DNA of 25,507 bases from Candidatus Dadabacteria bacterium (GTDB lineage Bacteria; Desulfobacterota_D; UBA1144; Nemesobacterales; CSP1-2), in contig PSLL01000034.1 in NCBI GenBank assembly GCA_040289575.1, forward strand, positions 1-25,507. Direction: 5' to 3'. How positions within the stretch are numbered: position 1 is the stretch's first letter; each line of letters starts with the position of its first letter. Under the pieces are notes generated by a model. It did no database searches, was not told where the DNA came from, and was given only the letters and a program-made list of their open reading frames with translations. Made by a program: the position numbers and the translations under genes. Shown one piece after another: positions 8,435 to 17,351 of this stretch.

Positions 8435-10039
8435 CTATGTTTTTAAAGTAGGCACAACCAAAGGCTCCGAACCCCTTTTGAGGACGATATGGGCCTCCCA
8501 CAATGGGTCTTCATTGGGGAAGTCCTCCCTTATATGCGCCCCCCTGGATTCGGTTCTAATGAGGGCGGATCTAGCGATAAGGAAGCAAACATCTACTATA
8601 TATTGCAGTTTTAGTCTGTAGTATCCGGTTAATATATCTATAGAGTCGGCGACTCCTTTAATTCCGGAGAGTGCCTTTTCAATCTCATCGCCTCTGCGAA
8701 TGATCCCAACATAGTCGGTCATCAACCGCGATATACGGTTTTTCATCTCAAAAAAAGCGTCTTTTTGAGAGGCAAAAAGAAGAGGTAAGAAGTCGGTGTC
8801 ATAATCTTTAATGCCCTCCGCATTAACATCCATTGCGCCGTCTATCGCCCTTTTGGCAAACACAATGCACTCAAGAAGGGAGTTGCTTGCAAGCCTGTTT
8901 GCCCCATGAACGCCTGTGCATGCGACTTCCCCGCATGCGAATAGCCCTTTTATATTCGTCTCAGCCATAAGTCCGGTTCTAACGCCGCCGATAAGGTAAT
9001 GGGCCGCAGGGGCTACCGGCACCAAATCCCTCGTTATATCAATCCCATAGATTAGAGAGGCATTATATATATTTGGAAAACGCCTGCGTATAAAATCGGG
9101 ATTGAGGTGTCTGAGGTCTAAAAAAACATAACTCTTTCCAGACATCTTCATTTCACTAAATATCGCGCGCGATACGACATCTCTTGGGGCAAGCTCGGCA
9201 AGCCCATGATAATCGGGCATAAACCTGTGGCCTGAGTGGTTTAAAAGGTATGCGCCTTCGCCCCTTACTGCCTCACTTATGAGGAAACTCCCTCCGTCCT
9301 CGGTGTAAAGAGCCGTAGGATGAAACTGAATAAACTCCATATCCGTAATCTCGGCCCCAGCCCTGTACGCAAGGGCAATTCCATCGCCTGTAGCAGTAGG
9401 CGGATTGGTAGTCCTTAAATAAATCCCTGAGGCACCCCCTGTTGCAAGTATCGTAGATTTAGAGGCAAAAGCCCAAAGGCTTTGACTACCTTCCACTTCT
9501 TGGAACGCCAGGGCTCCAAAGCACCTCTTTCCATCCGATATAAGCTCAGATACAACTGTATTCTCAAATATGTGAACCCTTGGATTTGAGCGGACAGAGG
9601 AGATAAGAAACCGTACCATCTCCTTCCCCGTTGAGCTTCCCCCTGCATGGAGCACACGCCTTTTACTGTGTCCTCCTTCAAGTCCAAGCTCAAGCCCCTT
9701 CTCATCTAGATCAAACTTCATCCCCAGAGAGATCAAATCCATTACCCTTTCTCTACCCTCGCGCACGAGGACTTCTACCGCCTCCCTATTGCACAGCCCC
9801 TTTCCAGCCCTAATTGTATCTTCAAGGTGAAATACAGGAGAGTCCTCAGGGTCTACGGCGGCGGCAATACCACCCTGAGCCCAGTAGGAATTGCTCTCTT
9901 CCAATGTGGATTTGGTTAAAAGTACTACTTCGCCAAATTTGGATGCGTAAAGTGCAGCATAAAGCCCCGCAAGCCCACTTCCTATTATCAAAAAATCGGA
10001 GTGGAATTGATTAATGTTTTTAAAATGCCCCTCATTCAT
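8435..10039 (-). CDS. nadB: L-aspartate oxidase
   Basis: GSGLAG FAD motif, SYWAQGGIA, EGGHSKRRVLH, QFHPT, LISEAVRGEG, ELAPRD, HGANRLASNSLLE; next to nadC/nadA. Confidence 0.97.
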   Translation of the reverse strand: MNEGHFKNINQFHSDFLIIGSGLAGLYAALYASKFGEVVLLTKSTLEESNSYWAQGGIAAAVDPEDSPVFHLEDTIRAGKGLCNREAVEVLVREGRERVMDLISLGMKFDLDEKGLELGLEGGHSKRRVLHAGGSSTGKEMVRFLISSVRSNPRVHIFENTVVSELISDGKRCFGALAFQEVEGSQSLWAFASKSTILATGGASGIYLRTTNPPTATGDGIALAYRAGAEITDMEFIQFHPTALYTEDGGSFLISEAVRGEGAYLLNHSGHRFMPDYHGLAELAPRDVVSRAIFSEMKMSGKSYVFLDLRHLNPDFIRRRFPNIYNASLIYGIDITRDLVPVAPAAHYLIGGVRTGLMAETNIKGLFACGEVACTGVHGANRLASNSLLECIVFAKRAIDGAMDVNAEGIKDYDTDFLPLLFASQKDAFFEMKNRISRLMTDYVGIIRRGDEIEKALSGIKGVADSIDILTGYYRLKLQYIVDVCFLIARSALIRTESRGAHIREDFPNEDPLWEAHIVLKRGSEPLVVPTLKT

Positions 10040-10083
10040 ACAGCTGCCATGTGGTTTTATTAAGCAAATCGCCTATCAATAGT

Positions 10084-10112
10084 AATCTAATGTGGTTTTA
10101 TGGGTGTGTCAA
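10084..10112 (-). promoter_or_regulatory. Putative sigma-70 promoter of nadB
   Basis: TTGACA-N17-TAGATT. Confidence 0.6.
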
Positions 10113-10131
10113 ACTAGTCCCTAATGGAATT

Positions 10132-12765
10132 TCAAAGATCATAGTTAACGTCTATAGCATCAAACAGGGTACTTTTAATCCTTTCTAAGTTCTCCTCATC
10201 CAATATCTTGCCGCCGTCTATCTGACGCACGTAGAAAACATCCGCCGCCTGGTCTACCTTCGTAGAGATCTTGGCATAATCAATAGAGAGTCCAAGCCTT
10301 GTAAGCGTCTTTGTAATGTCGTAGAGGAGGCCCACTCTATCATGTGTATAAATATCTATAATTGTGGCTATGTCGGATGACTCATTGTCAATTTCTATAC
10401 GCGTAGGATGTTGGGGGATCTGTTTTTCAAAAACAGACCTATTTCTCCTTCTTCGCGACACGAGTTCCTCCACATCCATTTCACCGTTTAAAACGCCATA
10501 TAGGGAATTCCTCACCCTATCCCATATCTCACCCTCTTCATAAGTAGACTTGCCCAGCCTGTTTACATAAAATACGTCAACTATTCTTCCGTCAGTTCGG
10601 GTTATGATCCTTGCCCCCATAATGTTTATTCCACTCCCTGCAAGCACCCCGCAGAGCTTTGAGAAGATACCCGGCTCATCAAACCCCCAGAACGTAAACT
10701 CATCATACCCTTCGTTTTGATGAAAAATCACATCGGTGCCTATATCCTCTCCAAACTTCTCAATCAACTTTACATGATAGGCAATCTTCTGAGGGGAAAA
10801 CCCCAGGAAATAGGACTTGGGCATAACATCGAGATGCCGTCTAATTCTATCCCCGGGGATTTCACCCTTGAGTATGTGCGAAACCTCGCGAATGGATCTT
10901 CGAGTCCTTTCCTCAGGGATTTCCCTTTTAAACTCCCCCTGTTCAAGGACGCCCACAGTTCTCAGATAAAGCTCTTCAAGCAGCATCCCCTTCCAATTTG
11001 TCCATACATCTGGCCCCACAGACCTGATGTCAGCAAAAGAGAGAAGGTAGAGCAGAGAAAGGGCCTCCAATGTCTTTACAGACTTTGCAAACCTGAGTAT
11101 CAACTCATCGTCATGAATGTCGCGCCTTTGAGAAAAGTGGGGCATGACAAGATGATGCTTTACCATGAATTCAAGCAGTTCACTTTCCTCATCGGAGAGG
11201 CCCATCCTCTTCGCAATCTTAGGGATCATCGCGGCTCCGCGCTGAGAATGGTTTCTTCCTTCCCCTTTTCCCATGTCATGAAACAGGCATGCAAGATAGA
11301 GTATATGACGTCTTGAGAGCCCTTTTGCAATCCTGGTAAGAAGCGGGAAATCCCTTTCGTACTCGCCATTAATGAGGCATTCAATCTCCTTTATCATAAA
11401 GATTGAATGTATATCTACGGTATAAACATGATATGCATCGTGCTGCCCCATACCGACAATCTTTCCAAATTCAGGGATATAGTAGGCGAGAAGACGAAGC
11501 CGATTCATCTCAAATATGGCTTTGGCTACCTCCTTGCCCTCTCTAAGGAGTCTGAGAAATGAGGCGTTAAACTCAGGGTTCCTCCTTATGCTCTCGTCAA
11601 TTACCCTTAAGTTATCCCGAATTAGATCAAGCAGGTACTTGCTCATTTTGATGCTGTATCTATCCCCATACTCAAAAGCCCTCATCATATTCTCAGGATG
11701 ATCCCGAAATATACTCCGGCTCGATACAGAAAGCATCCCTCCTTGAATGATAAAGCCGTTATCGAGAAAAACCGTCTTTGGGGTGCTAAAGCCTATCCTC
11801 GGCTTGGATATCGACCTTTCAATAAGCCTCTGAGAATACTCCCTTATGAGATTTGCGCGAAGATAATAGACCCTCATGAATCTCTCTACAGCTCTGAGTT
11901 CACCCACGTCTCCATAGCCCAGGAACCTCGCAACCCTCTCCTGCCACTCGAAGCTCAGACGGTCTTCCCTCCTCCCTGCAAGGTAGTGAAGCTCACTCCT
12001 TATGGGAATGAGAAAATCCAAACCCTTCTCAAACACCCTGAGTTCATGATCAATTAAAACGCCTCTTTGAAGAAGCTCTTGAAAGCTCCTTGCTTTGAAC
12101 TTGGCCTTCGCTATCCAAAGGGCAGCGTGTATGTCTCTTAGGCCACCTTCTCCCTCTTTTACGTGCGGCTCAAGGAGATAAACAGACCTACCGAACCTGT
12201 TAATCCTCTTTTCATTTTCCGCTAATTTTCTTTCAATGTATTTCGATGAGATACTTGGAAGAAGCTCTCGAAATAGTTTTCTGTCAAATTTATCATAGAG
12301 CGCTTTATCTCCCCAAATAAACCTTCCGTCAAGAAGCGATGTGAGAATCGTCACGTCTTCTCCACGGGAAAGCTCCATACATTCATCAATCGTTCTTGTA
12401 GAATGGCCGACCTCTAGATCTAAGTCCAAGAGGAGATAAAGGAGATTATCAACAATATCCTTTACCAGAGCCAAGCTTTCGGGTTTATAAAGAAACATTA
12501 AGTCCACATCCGAATACGGACAAAGCTCCTCTCTTCCGTATCCGCCAAGAGCGACAATTGAAACACCCGGTGTTTCCGAGAAACCGAGATCAACAAGCAC
12601 CTGTCCGATCAGGATATCTATAATATGAGATCTTTTCTCGGCGAGTTGACGGCCGCCCAGCATCTCTTTATCGTGGAGCTCTCTTACCTCTCTTTGATTC
12701 TCTTTAAGATAGAGTTTCGCCCTCTCTTTGATCTCGTCCCTCAAGACTAAATTTGCCTTCTCCAT
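10132..12765 (-). CDS. glnD: [Protein-PII] uridylyltransferase/uridylyl-removing enzyme
   Basis: LGGYGR..L.PYSDVD nucleotidyltransferase motif, EPHVKEGEGGLRD, HVYTVD, HD domain LFHDMGKG, two C-terminal ACT domains. Confidence 0.97.
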   Translation of the reverse strand: MEKANLVLRDEIKERAKLYLKENQREVRELHDKEMLGGRQLAEKRSHIIDILIGQVLVDLGFSETPGVSIVALGGYGREELCPYSDVDLMFLYKPESLALVKDIVDNLLYLLLDLDLEVGHSTRTIDECMELSRGEDVTILTSLLDGRFIWGDKALYDKFDRKLFRELLPSISSKYIERKLAENEKRINRFGRSVYLLEPHVKEGEGGLRDIHAALWIAKAKFKARSFQELLQRGVLIDHELRVFEKGLDFLIPIRSELHYLAGRREDRLSFEWQERVARFLGYGDVGELRAVERFMRVYYLRANLIREYSQRLIERSISKPRIGFSTPKTVFLDNGFIIQGGMLSVSSRSIFRDHPENMMRAFEYGDRYSIKMSKYLLDLIRDNLRVIDESIRRNPEFNASFLRLLREGKEVAKAIFEMNRLRLLAYYIPEFGKIVGMGQHDAYHVYTVDIHSIFMIKEIECLINGEYERDFPLLTRIAKGLSRRHILYLACLFHDMGKGEGRNHSQRGAAMIPKIAKRMGLSDEESELLEFMVKHHLVMPHFSQRRDIHDDELILRFAKSVKTLEALSLLYLLSFADIRSVGPDVWTNWKGMLLEELYLRTVGVLEQGEFKREIPEERTRRSIREVSHILKGEIPGDRIRRHLDVMPKSYFLGFSPQKIAYHVKLIEKFGEDIGTDVIFHQNEGYDEFTFWGFDEPGIFSKLCGVLAGSGINIMGARIITRTDGRIVDVFYVNRLGKSTYEEGEIWDRVRNSLYGVLNGEMDVEELVSRRRRNRSVFEKQIPQHPTRIEIDNESSDIATIIDIYTHDRVGLLYDITKTLTRLGLSIDYAKISTKVDQAADVFYVRQIDGGKILDEENLERIKSTLFDAIDVNYDL

Positions 12766-12793
12766 GTTCAGAATTTCTCCTAATGACTATAAA

Positions 12794-13441
12794 CTACAAC
12801 TTCACACTCAGTGATACGCCATCTCTAATTGGAATTATAGTTGTGAGAAACCACTCCTCGGACAGAAGTAGTCGGGTAAATTCTTTAACCCCTTTTGTGC
12901 TGAGAGATGAATCGTCGGTTAAAACCCTTCCGAACCAGAGGACATTATCCGTTATAAAAAGTCCGCCATGCCTTAACTTCTTATAAGCCTTATCCACAAC
13001 AAAGGGATAGTATTCCTTATCAATATCGTTGAAAATAATATCGAACTCCCCTTCAGTCTCTTCCAAGACCTCAAGCGCATCTCCAACGTGGATTTGTACG
13101 ATTCTATCAACCCCACCGCGCCTGAAGAAATCCCTGGCTAATTGGGCATTCCTCTGTGAAAGCTCCGTAAAGACCACCTCTCCCCCGTCTCCTACGGCCT
13201 TGGCAAACCAGTAAGCCGAATAACCAAACCCAGAGCCCATCTCGAAAATCCGCTTTGCCCTTATAATTATTGCAATCTGATAGAGAAACCTTCCAACAAT
13301 GGGTCCGATTATCGGGAATCCCCTTTCCTCTCCCAATTTTTCCATCTCTTTTAGAACCTCATCCTCAACCGGGAAGAGATTCTTTATATATTTTTCGATG
13401 TCGGGATTTATGATATAGGCCTTAGTTTCAATTCTTTTCAT
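12794..13441 (-). CDS. Class I SAM-dependent O-methyltransferase (CCoAOMT/YrrM-like)
   Basis: FEMGSGFGYS, FDIIFNDIDKEYY, DNVLWFG, PIRDG motifs. Confidence 0.9.
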   Translation of the reverse strand: MKRIETKAYIINPDIEKYIKNLFPVEDEVLKEMEKLGEERGFPIIGPIVGRFLYQIAIIIRAKRIFEMGSGFGYSAYWFAKAVGDGGEVVFTELSQRNAQLARDFFRRGGVDRIVQIHVGDALEVLEETEGEFDIIFNDIDKEYYPFVVDKAYKKLRHGGLFITDNVLWFGRVLTDDSSLSTKGVKEFTRLLLSEEWFLTTIIPIRDGVSLSVKL

Positions 13442-13454
13442 TGTAAATACTTAT

Positions 13455-13529
13455 ACACGAATGGTCACGAATAAAGAACGATCCATGATACATGATTTAA
13501 CTTGTATCCCGCATCTTGCATCGTGAATC
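13455..13529. repeat. Short periodic intergenic repeats
   Basis: CACGAAT repeated at 10-nt period, then GATNCAN-type heptamers facing inverted heptamers. Confidence 0.5.
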
Positions 13530-14085
13530 ATTTATTGAATCTCACATACGTCTCTTCAAAACCCCCACGCTTGTTCTCTATCCTTGCCATGACAAAGAGC
13601 AGATCCGAGAGGCGGTTTATGTATGCAATCACATTTTCGTTCATCTCCTCATCCTCCATGAGTTTCACAACCCTTCTTTCAGCCCTTCTTGAGATAGCCC
13701 TTGCAAGGTGAAGATAAGGCCCCCCGCCCCGTCCGCTTGGGAGTATAAATTCCTTTAGTGGCTCAAGCTCCCCAAGAAAATTATCTATTATTTTTTCAAT
13801 CTCCCTTATTCTCTCTTTGCTAATTCTCGGAACCTGAATCTCAGGCGGGCTTGCGAGGTCTGCCCCTATTATAAAGAGGTCATTCTGTATTTCTGTTATT
13901 ATTTCTCTAATTTCATTATCCTGAGCCTCAAGACGGACGATTCCAAGTGCTGAATTAAGCTCATCTATATCCCCATAGGCTTCTACACGAGCCGAGGCTT
14001 TACTAACCCTCTTACCTCCGACAAGAGATGTCTGCCCTTTGTCACCAGTTCTTGTATAAACCCTCGTTATCCGCCTTTTTGACAT
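13528..14085 (-). CDS. pduO: ATP:cob(I)alamin adenosyltransferase, PduO type
   Basis: VYTRTGDKGQT, AYGDIDELNS, EFILP, RRAER, YINRLSDLLF; start moved to the ATG at 14085 because the family motif is normally N-terminal. Confidence 0.93.
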   Translation of the reverse strand: MSKRRITRVYTRTGDKGQTSLVGGKRVSKASARVEAYGDIDELNSALGIVRLEAQDNEIREIITEIQNDLFIIGADLASPPEIQVPRISKERIREIEKIIDNFLGELEPLKEFILPSGRGGGPYLHLARAISRRAERRVVKLMEDEEMNENVIAYINRLSDLLFVMARIENKRGGFEETYVRFNK

Positions 14086-14320
14086 GGGGTTTCCTGAATA
14101 CCACAATTGCGATGAGTAAGAGCAACTGGCTGACATTTACCATGAGACTCTTGGTTTATGTCTGCCGAAAGCTCCTGTTCGTCGCTTCCGTCCCTCTTTA
14201 TCGCTACCCCAGATCCCATCTTGAAATTCTAACTCAATAGAGAAATGGGTTCAAATTTCAGCTAGATTCTTATACTAAAAATTCTGTGACTGCGATTTTA
14301 AATCTGATAAGCTACAAACT

Positions 14321-14378
14321 GAGACATATTGGAGTTGAGCCACACACGTAGCACGTCAACAGCGGCGAGTTGCTAGGT
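14321..14378 (-). mobile_element. Degenerate attC-like site (integron cassette relic)
   Basis: ACCTAGC-AACTC-GCCGCTGT-TGACGTGCTACGTGTGTG-GCTCAAC-TCCAAT fits R''/5 nt/L''/VTS/L'/6 nt layout; R' GTT absent; starts 2 nt after a TGA. Confidence 0.5.
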
Positions 14379-14379
14379 T

Positions 14380-14938
14380 TCATGGTTCCAGGACGTCCGG
14401 TGTGCAAGCGCGAATACACTGAAAGAAGTATTTCAAGGTGTCTGGCTGCGTTTATTGGACTCGTAGGGGGTGCTGTCCATGAACCAACAAGCTTTCCGTT
14501 GTCAACTGATCCGGCTAGATACAGAAACTCATAGATCGGCCCATCGATTTCTTCGTCTTTTCGGATAAAGTCATTCCGGTTAATTAGCGCAGGGCCTTCG
14601 TCTACGAAAAGCCCAACCAGGCGTAATAGAATCGGCGACTAGCCATTAATTAGAGGAATACCCTAAACATCCATGGCTTCGTACAGGGATAGGTTCGTTT
14701 TGTTCTGCTTTAGCTTGAGATCAATGATGAGAGTGTTGTTCGAGTATTCGGTATTGGCACCGAGTTCATTGATTACATTAACGTGCCAACGGTACAGTTC
14801 ACCCTGTCCAATTGGGATCTTCAAACTCAGTAACGAAGGGATAAAGCCACTATTACAGCCGAACAGTGAAACCTGCTCTTGAAATTGATAGCAAGTCACA
14901 TCACTACCGACTCGCGTTCGCGTGTAACGCGCATACAT
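14380..14938 (-). pseudogene. Pseudogene of an unknown protein, about 185-190 codons
   Basis: GGAG/GAGG SD; frame continues with protein-like sequence past TAGs at 14663-14665 and 14639-14641 (SPILLRLVGLFVDE...GPIYEFLYLAGSV...WTAPPTSP); apparent frameshift near 14445 into PDTLKYFFQCIRACTPDVLEP*. Confidence 0.65.
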
Positions 14939-15080
14939 ACCTCATCTCCTGCTGAAACCTATAATTAGTTAGCCCGCAAAATGCGGTATAATTCCCTAGC
15001 AGGGTGTCATACCGCAAATTCTAAGCATAGAATAAAATGAACCCAATTTTAAATCAATAGAAAATGGAACCGCCCAAAAA

Positions 15081-15105
15081 GGACGAAACAATGTTCTGTC
15101 CCTAC
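15081..15105 (-). repeat. GTAG-type REP-like palindrome
   Basis: Minus strand GTAG-GGACAGAACA-T-TGTTTCGTCC: GTAG tetranucleotide followed by an imperfect palindrome. Confidence 0.5.
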
Positions 15106-15286
15106 AAATTGTTTATAGATTAAGGCGATAAAACGTAACACCCACACAGAAAAAGAAAATTAAATAGATTAAAGGACTGCAGTTATTCTCGAAGCGGATA
15201 CTATTTTGTTACCCTTTGCACAAAAAAATTGAACATTTTGGAAAAATCGAAAATGGTAAAATGATTTATACATTAGGACAGGTTAA

Positions 15287-16453
15287 ATGAACCAAATAAC
15301 CCAAATAATAAAATCTCTAATCCGCAAATCCGGTCCGATTACATTTGATAAATTCATGGAGATTGTGCTTTATCATCCTGAGCACGGATACTATGCTTCT
15401 GGAAAGGCAAGGATTGGAAGGAGTGGAGATTATTATACAAGCCCATGCGTCCATCCCGCATTTGGAGAGATCCTCAGCAGGTTTATTTGCCGGGCTTATG
15501 AGACGGTTAAGGCACCAGACTTTACAGTTGTAGAGATGGGAGCGGGCAGGGGTTTTCTTGCGCTCGATATTTTGGACTCGCTTAAGAGAAATAATCCCGA
15601 ACTCTATGAGAGGCTTCGGTATTCAATAATTGAAATTAGCCCAAATATACAAGAAGAAGGGAAAACCGTATTAAAAGGACATATACACAAGATTAAATGG
15701 ATCAATTCCCTCTCCGATCTAGGATCCGAGAGCATCCGCGGCGTTTTCATATCAAATGAACTCGTAGATTCATTCCCATTTCACAGAGCCAGGTTTAAGA
15801 ATAGGGAGTTACTTGAAATATTTGTTGCGCTTTGTGAGGAAGAATTTGTTGAAATTCTAGACAGACCGGGTAGTAGCGCTTTAAAAGAGTATTTTGAGGG
15901 CTACAAATTAGGGTTTGAAAATGAACAGGAGGTCGAGGTAAACCTCTATGCAAGGGAATGGCTTTCTGATATATCCCGCGTTTTAGCCAGAGGGTTTGTT
16001 CTCACAATTGACTATGGTTATCTAGCCCCTGAGCTATTTAACTCTTCAAGAATGAGGGGCACCTTTTTATGTTTTTATAAACACACGACAAACGAAAACC
16101 CTTATAAGAATATCGGCGAACAGGACATTACGTCTCATGTGGATTTCAGCAATTTAATCCGTGTCGGAAAATCAGTTGGATTAAATACGATGAGATACAC
16201 AACCCAGGGTCAGTTTCTAATTGACTGGGGCATACTGGACATTGTCGAGAGGTATTCTGCTCCCGACATCTCCTCTCAGAAGGATATAATGGCCATAAAG
16301 AACCTGTTTTTACCTGAACTCATGGGGGATAGATTCAAGGTCCTTATTCAGGAGAAGAATCCGGTGTATGAGGCTGAAGCCTTCTACCCAAAGTCTCCAT
16401 TTAGAATAAGCTTTCAGAAGAGCACAGATAGATATAACCCCGACAAAGAATGA
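15287..16453 (+). CDS. SAM-dependent methyltransferase, MidA/NDUFAF7 family
   Basis: GPITF..FM..LY.P..GYY, GDYYTSP, EMGAGRG, SNELVDSFP, IDYG, QDITSHVDF, TQGQFL, MGDRFKVL. Confidence 0.93.
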   Translation: MNQITQIIKSLIRKSGPITFDKFMEIVLYHPEHGYYASGKARIGRSGDYYTSPCVHPAFGEILSRFICRAYETVKAPDFTVVEMGAGRGFLALDILDSLKRNNPELYERLRYSIIEISPNIQEEGKTVLKGHIHKIKWINSLSDLGSESIRGVFISNELVDSFPFHRARFKNRELLEIFVALCEEEFVEILDRPGSSALKEYFEGYKLGFENEQEVEVNLYAREWLSDISRVLARGFVLTIDYGYLAPELFNSSRMRGTFLCFYKHTTNENPYKNIGEQDITSHVDFSNLIRVGKSVGLNTMRYTTQGQFLIDWGILDIVERYSAPDISSQKDIMAIKNLFLPELMGDRFKVLIQEKNPVYEAEAFYPKSPFRISFQKSTDRYNPDKE

Positions 16454-16482
16454 CGAGTTTCGCCCATATTAGGACGTTAACA

Positions 16483-17106
16483 CTAAACTCGGCGTTTATT
16501 CCACAACCTCTTGACACCAATACTCACACCGGTAAGGACAGCTATCTGGCCAACTACCGGAATTGGCGATAGGGCTGTAATTATACCCACGGCCCCTATT
16601 CCCGCCGCGCCTGAGATTGCCCCACTCGAAGCCTCTTTGATTGCATGGCGAAAGGCATCCCTTTTATTCATTCTTCCCTTTGAAACCATATATCCGGCCT
16701 CAACCGAACCTATGACGCCATCAATCAGAGCGCACATCAGACCCGCCTTTGCCGTGCTTCCAAGGATTCCTTTGGCCGCATCCAGCGCCACGGCACGGGA
16801 TGAATCAACTGAGGCGACTGCGGAAAGAGTAGAAGTAGAGCTCTTCACAATATCAGATAAACCCGAATCTATATTGCCCCCTATTATGAAACTCAAGAGC
16901 CCATTGAGGAGCCTTGTCCGAATCCCTTTTGGGAGTATTTTGCCCCCCCCTATCTGATAAAGCATCTCTCCGCTTTTACTTGCCCTCAGGGCATATCCGC
17001 TTATCTTTGCAACCTTCCAATCCGCAATCTGCCTCAGAGCCTCCCGAATTATAATCAGAGCAACCTCAGTTCCCTTAGATTCTATCGTCTCATATACTGT
17101 TTTCAT
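16483..17106 (-). CDS. Hypothetical membrane-associated protein with Gly/Ala-rich C-terminal helices
   Basis: 207-aa ORF filling the gap between flanking genes, ATG start, hydrophobic C-terminal segments. Confidence 0.75.
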   Translation of the reverse strand: MKTVYETIESKGTEVALIIIREALRQIADWKVAKISGYALRASKSGEMLYQIGGGKILPKGIRTRLLNGLLSFIIGGNIDSGLSDIVKSSTSTLSAVASVDSSRAVALDAAKGILGSTAKAGLMCALIDGVIGSVEAGYMVSKGRMNKRDAFRHAIKEASSGAISGAAGIGAVGIITALSPIPVVGQIAVLTGVSIGVKRLWNKRRV

Positions 17107-17293
17107 GTCTTTTAAGTTTAACTACCCTTATCGGCAAAAATCAAGAAAGGAATCCCGGATGCACACTTAATGCTTACTAATTTCTTATCTATTAACCGTC
17201 TACAAGTACTTAAAATTGTTGAATCAAAATACAATTTAAGGGCTTATAAATTATTTCCATCAACATCCTGCATGTAATCTCTAATACCCCCCC

Positions 17294-17322
17294 TTGCCCT
17301 AAACCCACAGGTAGGTTATGAT
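17294..17322 (+). promoter_or_regulatory. Putative sigma-70 promoter of dapL
   Basis: TTGCCC-N17-TATGAT, followed by AAGGAG SD. Confidence 0.55.
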
Positions 17323-17351
17323 TAGAACCGCTAAAAAGGAGTGCTCAATAA

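Noticed and set aside
3898..13711. Many plus-strand ORFs of 60-199 aa (e.g. 10717-11316) and the nested minus ORF 9415-9705
   Set aside because: Shadows of well-supported genes, with no recognisable motifs.
14067..14219. 50-codon minus-strand ORF overlapping the pduO start
   Set aside because: No SD or motif; could be a gene remnant but cannot be supported.
14312..14938. TAG readthrough, pyrrolysine or recoding giving a 208-aa protein
   Set aside because: TAG is a normal stop for nadA, nadB, livH, livM and tonB here; no pyl genes seen; the extra frameshift and decayed attC favour pseudogenisation.
14981..15010. dif-like site
   Set aside because: No XerD arm (TTATGTTAAAT-like) after a 6-bp spacer.
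16943..16950. G8 tract on the coding strand as a phase-variation site
   Set aside because: In frame, short, and explained by Gly codons.
17128..17135. GCCGATAA sigma-28 -10 element
   Set aside because: No TAAA -35 at 15-nt spacing.
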